38,182 bases of DNA, taken from contig ML992543.1 of NCBI GenBank assembly GCA_010093995.1, positions 1 through 38,182 on the forward strand. Reading direction: 5' to 3'. Origin of the DNA: Elsinoe ampelina (lineage: Eukaryota). The first letter of the stretch is position 1. Each line of letters opens with the position of its first letter. Shown here in pieces: positions 21,144 to 30,318 of the stretch. The position numbers were made by a program, and so were the translations under genes. The notes beneath the pieces are model-generated. The model ran no database searches. It was given only the letters and a program-made list of their open reading frames with translations, and was not told where the DNA came from.

Positions 21144-23370
21144 TTACGCCTCCGCAGCTCCGTAAGCGCTTACACCAGTCCACCACCACCACCGTCCTTC
21201 ACCATGCGCCCACACCCTCCCCAGCTCACGCCGCGCCTCTTCAGCCTGATCCACCTCATCAATCTCTCTAGCTTCCTCGACCTCCTCGATCTCCTCAACG
21301 CCCTCCCAATCCCCGTCCCCCACAAAACTCCACCCCCCGTTTTCAGCCTCATCCATGCCAAGCATATCCTCAAACCCATTCACCAACCCTGTGCTCACAT
21401 TAGTCTCACCCTCCACCACCTCATATTTCGCCAGTATACTCACTGATCCCAATCTCCCCCGCCTCCTCCCCCTCCCTCCCATACACCCACAGCGCCACCA
21501 CCCCCTTCCCCCTAAGCCTACACTGCGCCGCCCCCGCCCCCGCCAACATGGTCAACTCAACATTCCCCAACACCCCCCTCACATCCGCCCAATGCAACGG
21601 ATCGATAACATTAACCCCCTCTCCCTCCTCCAAGCCGACCAAGTCGACCAGGCGGTCGTAATCCAGCGTCGCGTGGTCGGTCATGATGTCTTGATTCGAG
21701 AGGATGGTTTTGGAGACGGAGCTTAGGCCGGCGCCGGAGGGGTCGAGAGCGAGGCGCGTGATGATGAGGCGGTAGGAGGCCGGGGTTTTGGAGAGGAGAG
21801 GGAGGTAGGGGTGGGAGGGGAGGAAGGAGTAGGGGTCTGAGACGGGGTGGAGAGGGGGCGGGAGGCCGAAGGTGGTATCGTAGGTCGGAGATGGGGGCGG
21901 GGTGGGCGTCGTGGCGGGGGCGATGCTGGGGGTCGTGTTGGTGGCGTTCTCGGTGCGGGGCTCAGGGGCTGTCACGTAGTAAGGCACAGGGTTTGGGTCG
22001 GGGGGAGGGTCGGTGGGGGAGGCGATGGTGTATCTTGGGACTTCTGCGGGAATGAAGTTCGTGGTCGGGTTGTCGGTGGGTATGGTGGTGAATGTTGGTC
22101 CGTTCCCAGTTGTGAAGCTTCTGTTTGGTATTTCGGATGCAGGTCTGGAGGTGATGAGTGAGTCGTTGGCGGATACGACGGTGTTTTTCGGCGCAAGTGC
22201 TGGCGTGGAGCCTGTGGTGGATGCGGTGTCAGGTCCTGGGCGCGTCCTTGGACATTGTCTAGCAGCAGGCTGGGCATTGTAGGCGGTCCAAGACCCAGAC
22301 GTGTACACATACTTCTGACCAGTACTCTCCCCAGTGTAATCGTCTGAGAAAGATCCCAAAGGTGGAGCTCTGCCCAGCTTGGTGCTGGGGCTTGTGATGA
22401 CCTCCGCAGTAGAAGTATCGGCTGCCGTCTTATCCGTAGCTTTGCCACTCTCGTGATTCGTCTCGGTGCCGCGCTTGGTGCCCGTCCTGTCGATAGGTAC
22501 ACGACTCGACTTCGTGATAGTGGCGACGTGAGGAGAAGTCGATGTCTTCCCCTTGACCGCGCGGGCCGTGTCGAAGCGAGACTTTGACTCTTGAACGACA
22601 GAGCTGCTTGGTCCTGGTATGACTTTGGTAGAGTTATCGATGCCATCTCCGCGTGCCTTACGTGATACGATCCCAGCAACGCTACTTCTTGTACGCCTGG
22701 CGGGTGGTCCCTCCTCTGGTGCGACACCATCGATCTCCCCGATACCGAATCGCTTGCGCTTCTGAGTTGTCATCTTGAAGGCAGAATCTCCAGCTTCCCC
22801 GGCGTCTGCGACAGGATCTTCGTCCTCAGTAGTCGGTGTGGAGGTCTTGACCTTCGGCTTCTTTGCGTTAGAAGCATTCTTGTCCCTGTGCTCCTTGGTG
22901 TATCCCTCAGCGATGAGACGCTGGACAGCAGATGCGAGATTGATATATGCGCTGGGGGAGAAAGCGCACTGGTCGAAGAAGGTCGGCTTCTGCGTGCCTT
23001 TCCAGCCGTTCATGACTGCGGTGTGGAGCTCGGTATGGCGACCGCTGATGATGTTGTGCTCGAGCTGGAAACGCGCCGTTTTGCCGTTGTTGCTGTATGC
23101 TAGGTATCCTTGGAGATCCGACTTGCCCTCGAGCTCCTCCCAAATGTCGCGGAGGGCGGTGTGGATGAGCTTGGCGACAGCGGCGAATGCTTCGTGAGGT
23201 TGACCGATAGTCCAATTGAAGAATTTGGCAAAGAACATGGCGTTGGGCTTGTGCTTGTCGCGGTCTTGCTTGAGGACTTCTCTGACTTCTTGGAGTGTCC
23301 ACGTGCTGACGTCGCGTTTGATGAAGTCGCGTGAATTCCAATCACGAGGAAGCTTCGTATCGCCAGCCAT
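21144..23370 (-). CDS. Uncharacterised two-domain protein, paralog A; complement(join(21144..21388,21444..23370)), ~723 aa
   Basis: A 649-codon ORF plus a 55-nt intron (GTGAGT...ACTAAT...CAG, 21389..21443) that joins an acidic last exon in frame. Folded-looking N and C domains flank an S/T/P-rich linker with NLS-like KKPKVK and KRKR. Confidence 0.8.
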
Positions 23371-23926
23371 GATAGCGGCGTGTGACTGATGCTGTATATG
23401 CCTCAGATGTGGTAGAGGCGCTGAGACGGCAGATGATGATGGAACTGGTCGAGGGTGTGTTTATTGTTTGCTGGAGGAGGTGATAGAAAGTGATGGGAAG
23501 TAGTTGGAGATGTAATTGATCAAGGTGCGACACGGTGCATCTTGACATGAGCCAGTCATATGCAAGATGGTAGTAAAGCAGGTAACCGAGGGAGCGGTAG
23601 ACGTGGTTCGACCCGAGCTGTCGGGTCCATCTCAAACGCCACCAGACAAAGGCATTCTTAAGGTTTGGAGCACTTGATCTCAGTGGTCAAAGAAACATGG
23701 AGAGAATACCTACCTTCTTGTAAACACAGAACAAAGAGAAACTATATCATTCAAAGACTGTTCGCTTGCTCATGTTAATCATAAGGGGTATCTATCATAG
23801 CTCAACTGCGGCCGACTCCCAGGATATCCGTGACGCCAGGTTAGCCATTATGCCCACTATTCAATGTTCCTCCCCGGTCAGTCTTGTACACTAACTTGCA
23901 GTTGAAATACGCTCAGCCCGAGTCTG

Positions 23927-24511
23927 CTATTCCCTCAGCCGCTGAATGACCTGTGGCAAGCCGTTCGCGATGATGCGATTGCGAATTGTAGTCCACATCT
24001 CAAATCCCTTAATCCGATTACCAGGCCAAGAATGTAGTGTACGCACGGCGCCCCGACGACGACCACGACACGCAGACTGCATATTCGGTCCGACTATCGC
24101 GTCGACTTGAGCCAGACTGATGAGAACCCAGCTGAAAGACTCCACGTCCATTTGTTCCAGCTGTCGATCCAGATGCCACCAAACCGTGTCATGACGAGCC
24201 CGTGTAGTGGCCCAGCCTGCGCGACGAAAGGCTTGCACCACTCTGGTATATGCCGTCAGGATGTCGTGATACTCTGCAGGGAAGTCCTGAGTCCTAAACC
24301 TGTACGACGGCTCGAATTGGCCTGCACGCGAGGCTAAAAATAGCGTCTCACTGACAACTCTCCGACTTTGCTCCGAGGAGTAATTGTCGCTACGACGCCG
24401 CTGTGCCTGATTCGCTCGATGTCGGAGAGTACGTCTAGAAGGAGAACTGCCGAACTCCTCCTCCTCAATTACTGGGTCTTCTTCAATTGTTGCAGTGTCG
24501 GCGTAGAAATC
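23927..24511 (-). other. 194-codon open frame immediately after, and in frame with, the SPT20 stop codon
   Basis: Manual translation of 24511..24242 has no stop and no ATG and runs into the listed ORF 23927..24241: DFYADTATIEEDPVIEEEEFGSSPSRR...VVQAFRRAGW...QVIQRLRE*. Confidence 0.6.
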
Positions 24512-27328
24512 CTACATTCCTCGCCCATGACTCTGATTCAGCGCATTCTGCATCGAAGCGAAATGCTGACTCAAATCACCGCCGCCCGCCTGCTGCTGAG
24601 CCTGCTGTTGTGCCTGCTGCTGCATTCGAGCTTGCATCTGTTGCATTTGTTGCATGTTCATACCGCCGCCCATGCCATTCATGCCTCGCCCCATCCCATT
24701 CATACCTTGCATACCCTGCATACCGTTCATGCCTTGCATGCCGTTCATGTTCATCATGTTTTGATTCATCATGCCTTGCATGTTTTGCATGTTCTGCATG
24801 TTCATACCCTGCATGCCTTGCATATTCATCTGTCCATTTTGCTGGCTCATGCGAGCCATCATGGCTTGTTGGGTACGGAGGTTGCGCATGTACGTCTCTT
24901 GATCGCTAGGGTCGCCGAGGGCTTGAGTCTGCTGGACGGCTGCCTGTTGTGCTCGCATTGTCATTTGCTGCTGCTTAGCAAGGTACTGCTGATTGTTCTG
25001 TTGCATAATCTGCGCCTTGAGTTGTGCAGGCACTTGGCCACCATTTTGGGCTGCAGCAGCCTGAAGCTGCATGTTCAGTTGAGCTTGTTGCTGAGCACGA
25101 GCACGAGCAGCCAGCATCTGCTGCTGCGTCATCTGTTGATTTGGCTGAGGTGTTGGTGTCCCGACAGATGGATTCTGGGATGCACTGCGTACCATTGCCT
25201 CCCCGCCATGAGGCGCCTGCGCTTGAGCTTGAGTTTGAGCATGGGCTTGAGCTTGAGCCTGGGCCTGAGCATGAGCTGCGCGTTGTCGGAGAAGATTGAG
25301 CTGGTTCATCTGAGCCTGGAAGGCTTGAGGAGTAATGTTCCCAGTTTGTGCTTGCATCTGTAGATTCTGCATCCTTGCTTGAATCTGCTCCGCGGTGATT
25401 TGTTGTCCGCCATTCTGCATTTGCTGTTGCTGCATCATTTGGCGTTGCTGTTGCTGTTGCTGTTGACGTAGATGCATCACTTGCTGTGGCGTCAAATTTG
25501 GCTGTTGATTCATCTGAGGAGTCGACATATTCATCATGTTGGTGTTTGGTGTGCTCTGAATATTGGCCGCTGGACTTCCATGATTCATGCGGGGAGTTGC
25601 AGACATTTGACGATCCACACTCATCGGCATGGATGACGCCATGTGAGGAGTAGCTGCGGTCATGCCAGGTGTGTTATTTCTACTTGGATGTTGTTGTTGA
25701 CTGACTTGTCTTGCCATACCGGCTTGATGCATGGCGGACGATGGTCTCGGCGGGCTTCCAGCTGCCCCTTGATTCGAAGCTGTAGCCTGCATAGGGAACC
25801 CACCATTCATACTGGCGTTGGCGACCATCGGTGACGAGTTCATCATTGGGGTCTGGTTCCTGACGATTGGCGAAGAGTGGTTCATAGCCGCTTGCTGTTG
25901 AATAGCTTGTTGTTGTGGGTTCTGTGCAAGACCATTCATCTGTTGCATCTGGTTCTGCATCTGTTGTTGCTTTTGTTGGTTGAGCTGTTGCTGCCTCAAC
26001 ATCATCTGCTGTTGCTGAGCAGCGTGTTGACTCGCAGCAGTCTTGCGTTGCTCTTCCATCAACTTGCGCTTGCGAAGCATCTCAGCCTCGTGCTCTCGCT
26101 TGGCCAGCGTAGCTTGATGCTCTTCCTCCTTTCGTTGCCTCTCCTTTTCCTCGTGGCGTTGCTTGATAGTCTCGAGCGTCTTGAACTTGGTGAAGCCGAG
26201 TTGAGCAGTCCCGTTTTGCCCTTCGGCTGCTGCATCCGTCCCGACAGATGGCTTGACACGTTCGTCGAGGATGAGCATTCTCTGCTCTTCTCTTGCCACC
26301 TGCGCGTCATCCGCCGCCATATCGGCCTGCGTTCGTTTCCTGGTCTGCGTTGAAGTAGGCGCGTGAGAATGGAGGGGATGCTCTAGTGCGTCAAGAATGT
26401 TTCGTGCTTCGTCGGCGTCCTTTGCAGGTTCTAGTATCAATGGCGGCTCTGTAGCCAGTAGGTAGTCGGCTTCGAATGTGTAGAAGTCACTCTCCTCCAG
26501 CAGCATCTTGACTGGTTTGTTGCCAGCCCGAGCTCCTCCAGGGGTCGATGGTACAGGTGTTGATGAGCTTGTAGGAGTCATGGCTTCTCTAGTAGCAGAT
26601 GCCTTTCGCGCCTTCGTGTCTGGTAGAGGGACCGTGGACAGCCACATCATCTCGCTATGCCTGCTCAGATCCGTAGGATGAAGGACGATAGTAAAGATTT
26701 GAGCATCAGCGCCCTTCTTCTGCTTCGGTTCCGGCGCAGGCATGTCATGTTTATCCTTCTTCTCCTTCTCGGTTTCTTCAGTGTCGGGCGAGAGCTTCTG
26801 CTTCTTGTTCGCTGGCTCCTCCTGCTTGTCCGGGAATGGCGCATACGGAGATGGCGTGATGTGCTCATTGTACTTGTGGAGAGAAAACGTCTTCTCCGAG
26901 TCCGGCTCCTGCTCGTTCTTCTTCTGTGCCTTGACCTCTTGCGTTCTATGGTTGTGTACCTCCACGATCAAGCAGCCGTCGTAGAAAGGCACACCGGCCT
27001 TGAGGAATTCTTCGACCAATTCGTGTGGGATCGTTTCTTTTTGCAAGTGTTCGACGAAAGTGCGCATCTCCGACTTGTAAGAAAAGGTCCCTTCTTGCTG
27101 GTCGAACCTGAAGAAGGTGGGATGCAGATGCACCTTCAAAGAAGGCTTCTTGCCGCGAAACTTCTTGAGTATGTATCCAGTAGTGCGAACACATGGCTCA
27201 TTGAGGGACCGCGCACTCCAGTCATCGTCCTCTCCAGTCAAACTTGCTTTGTACGTGTTCCGGGTCGAGATGGAGGGTCGCGGTCGGCGGATTGCCTGGG
27301 TCGGTTTTGCTATTGTCGCGGTCGCCAT
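24512..27328 (-). CDS. SPT20: SAGA complex subunit Spt20 (938 aa) with Q/M/N-rich low-complexity C-terminus
   Basis: The Spt20 domain is recognisable: YILKKFRGKKPSLKVHLHPTFFRF, IPHELVEEF, FYDGCLIVEVHNHR, IVLHPT, LLATEPPLILEP. A poly-Q/GMN-repeat tail follows. Confidence 0.92.
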   Translation of the reverse strand: MATATIAKPTQAIRRPRPSISTRNTYKASLTGEDDDWSARSLNEPCVRTTGYILKKFRGKKPSLKVHLHPTFFRFDQQEGTFSYKSEMRTFVEHLQKETIPHELVEEFLKAGVPFYDGCLIVEVHNHRTQEVKAQKKNEQEPDSEKTFSLHKYNEHITPSPYAPFPDKQEEPANKKQKLSPDTEETEKEKKDKHDMPAPEPKQKKGADAQIFTIVLHPTDLSRHSEMMWLSTVPLPDTKARKASATREAMTPTSSSTPVPSTPGGARAGNKPVKMLLEESDFYTFEADYLLATEPPLILEPAKDADEARNILDALEHPLHSHAPTSTQTRKRTQADMAADDAQVAREEQRMLILDERVKPSVGTDAAAEGQNGTAQLGFTKFKTLETIKQRHEEKERQRKEEEHQATLAKREHEAEMLRKRKLMEEQRKTAASQHAAQQQQMMLRQQQLNQQKQQQMQNQMQQMNGLAQNPQQQAIQQQAAMNHSSPIVRNQTPMMNSSPMVANASMNGGFPMQATASNQGAAGSPPRPSSAMHQAGMARQVSQQQHPSRNNTPGMTAATPHMASSMPMSVDRQMSATPRMNHGSPAANIQSTPNTNMMNMSTPQMNQQPNLTPQQVMHLRQQQQQQQRQMMQQQQMQNGGQQITAEQIQARMQNLQMQAQTGNITPQAFQAQMNQLNLLRQRAAHAQAQAQAQAHAQTQAQAQAPHGGEAMVRSASQNPSVGTPTPQPNQQMTQQQMLAARARAQQQAQLNMQLQAAAAQNGGQVPAQLKAQIMQQNNQQYLAKQQQMTMRAQQAAVQQTQALGDPSDQETYMRNLRTQQAMMARMSQQNGQMNMQGMQGMNMQNMQNMQGMMNQNMMNMNGMQGMNGMQGMQGMNGMGRGMNGMGGGMNMQQMQQMQARMQQQAQQQAQQQAGGGDLSQHFASMQNALNQSHGRGM

Positions 27329-28062
27329 GACAGGCCAGTTTGGGGATCAAACGGATCGCGTCGAGTGATCAAGTAATATACATGTTGAAAGAAAGAAGGC
27401 GACAACAATCTGAGTTTGTCCGAGGCGCGGATGAGTCTTGTGGTTTTTGCGCTGCCGTCCGAGTACACAACTGACGTTGGTCGATCCAACCATCGAGCTT
27501 GGCATGAAGATCACGTGAGCACGTCTCCAGTTCGTGGTGGATTTCACTCTTGCCCTGCGTTTGAGCATTGGGGGGCCTGGCTGATCAGGATTCACAGGAT
27601 TGCTTGACATTCGAAGAACGGCCTCACTAGTAAAGTGATCAAGTAATGAAAATGTCTTCGGTATTGTACATGAAATGCCATTCAACGCTAGAAGGGACAT
27701 CCAATGATGCCCATGAAGTGCTCGCTATTGAAAGAAAAGGTCCGTAGATCGATGACTGAAATCCAGCTCCGCCATCCTCAAGGGACCCGATGCATTGCTT
27801 TCCTGGCCCACGATCTTTCCTAAAAAGCGTAGACAAGCCAGTCCGCCGTCATGCAAGAACAGCCATGCGGCTACCGCGCTCATCCTTTCAAAAACTCTCG
27901 TTCTGAGTGCGTGATTCCTCCATCGCAGAATCGATGTGCTGGTGCATTACCCAGTCCGCATTTCCGAGATTATCCTTTCGTTTCATCCATCTTCCGTCAA
28001 GTCACCCCATCCTGAACTCCCCTAGATTTGATGAAAATTACAAAACTGGCTATGCATCGTCA

Positions 28063-30318
28063 TTAGAAGAAGTGGGTGTGAGGTTTGGACAGCTCGTGAA
28101 CTTCCATCTCCTGTTCATAATTAGCAATGGTCGCCGAGTGTTCATTTTAAGATTCACTGACCATTTTGAAAGTGTTGAGCTCTTCCTTAATCTGCTGGGC
28201 CAGCATGGGCGTCAAGCGATTACAGGTGGCGATCTCGCCACGGCGGTCATATTCTGTGCTGGACCAAGCGTCGTGAAATTGAATCCTGGGGCTGAAGCTG
28301 ATATTACGGGAGGATTGCGGAGTAGCAGGCATGCTTCGTGTCGTGATATTAAGGCGAGGACTGAAATAGTCGTTGTTGGAACTGGTTGTAGAGGAGAGGC
28401 TTCGTGATTTGCGTTCGTCCTTGGGAGTTCCTGGAATGCTACCAGCAGGGCTGGCAGTGTTGGGACCATCTGTGAATGGGGCGCTTTGAGCACGGATGGT
28501 GGGGGAGCCTTGCGGCGATGATGTACCGTTCCGCTTGAGGATGCCCTTCTTGACCGCGGCCAAGACTTCTGCGCGCTCTTTATCACTGCCGACGATGCTC
28601 TTTCTAAGAGAGTCGTTCCTCTCAGCAGACCCGCGAGGCTCCATCGCAGGAGCAGGAATCTCCATAGAGTTCCTTTCCAGCTTTGGAAAGCCCGTCCCGC
28701 CAGCGGCCTGTTCAGAGACGTGAGCGTTAACGTTGACACGCTGCCGCTCTGCCTCGACGGTAACCATTGAGACTTCGGCGAGACTCGGCTGAATTGGACC
28801 ATCCGCAGCGGGGACGCCAATGACAGACTTTGGCCTGAAAAGACCCTTGAGCGAGCGACCACCTTTTCTCATGCTGGTACCCATTTTGCGGAGCATAACG
28901 GACGCAGATGATGCTGTTGAAGAGATGGACAGGTTATCCGTGGACCCAGCGAAATTGGCTTGACCATTCTTGTAGATGGACATGCCTAATCCACTTTCCT
29001 CATGACGACGGGCAATTTCCATCTGCTCGTCGTCAAGCTCTTGCGGGTTCTGCTGGCCAGGCGCTCTGGTTGCGGGAGGAGTGTTCTCGATGGGACGTCC
29101 AGCGTTAGCCTTGCGGAGTTCTGCAGCACTGCCGAATGAGAAAGCACGTCGAAGACGAGACTTCATGCCCTTGTTGAGATCCTTGTCTGAAAGAGCAGCT
29201 AGCTGCTGGGCAGCAGGACTGGGCTTGCTCGGGGACTTGGGTGGACTGGCAGGTGCCTTCTTCTCTTCCTGACCCTCGGTGGAGAAAGCTGAACGTGACA
29301 GTGGAGAAGGATGTGCAAGGCGTTTGCCTCCCTCAGAGTTGCCTCGTGCAGAGTTTCGGACGGGGCTAGTGTCCTTTCGCACACCACGGGCAGGTGAAGG
29401 TGGTCCGGACTTTACCGGCTCGTCTGCAGAGGCAGCTGAGCCTGTGGACGACTTTTCGCTGCTTGGCTTTCTGTGATGCGAGCTGACAGGTCGACCAGTC
29501 GATAACGACTTGCCCTCGGCATGAGACGAGCTCGGGCGCTGCAATGCTTGGGCATAAGACGGTGCGGGTGCAACAGTTGTGTCAAGTGTAGCAGTGCTCC
29601 TTCTCCTGTAACGCTTGGCTGCCTCCGGGGACTTTGCGTTCTGAGCATCGTCGCTAGCAGCTCTCTGGATGGTCGGTGGAACGGGTGGTGGTATGTACAG
29701 ATGTTCGACCGAAGACATGCCAGATCCAGATGGGATGGCTGTGGAAGTGTGGGGCAAACTCAGTGCAGCGCTGGCATCTGCCTTTTTGGAGGAATTGCGC
29801 CGGTAGCGGTCAGGAGATGCCTTTGAGGTTGACTCGAAAGTGGCGAGAGTCAAGTCGGGAATACTCGATGACAGGTTGATCACTGATTGTGGTCTTGTCA
29901 GATCTTCCTTTGACGCCATTCGACGTGTGTTGGTCGGCTTGTCCGAAGTCGAGCTCGATCTTGTGTGTGTCACCGGGGCCGATGCTGTTCTGCTCTGCAG
30001 AGTCGGTGTAGACTGAAAAGCATACGGTTGGACCGGTGCTGTGGCTGTCGCCCGGTATTGACCGGAAGGAGCATTTTGTGAGGATGTGAAGTTGGTTCGA
30101 GGCCCTTGAGAGTGTCTCTGGGTTTGTTGATATGATTGGGGTGTGTTCATGCTCATGGAGGGAGATGGAGCAAGAGGACTCATCACGTCCGCCATTTGGC
30201 TCTGGCGGCGTCTCTTGGGTGAGGGGGTCGTCGGAGGGGAAGGTCGATCGCTGTGAAAGGATGTGTTTTGAAGTGACTGCAGAGGAGACCTCATGTTAGC
30301 CGAATGCCGTGAAGCCAT
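28063..30318 (-). CDS. BNI4: BNI4-like PP1 (Glc7)-targeting protein; complement(join(28063..28110,28162..30318)), ~734 aa
   Basis: The conserved C-terminus NISFSPRIQFHDAWSSTEYDRRGEIATCNRLTPMLAQQIKEELNTFKM|EMEVHELSKPHTHFF* is joined by a 51-nt GTCAGT...GCTAAT...CAG intron. It includes an RVxF-like motif. The S/P-rich N-terminus and the start codon are uncertain. Confidence 0.85.

Noticed and set aside
24368..25363. 331-aa His/Leu-rich plus-strand ORF
   Set aside because: Antisense shadow of the Met/Gln repeats of SPT20 (CAT/CTG/TTG codons).
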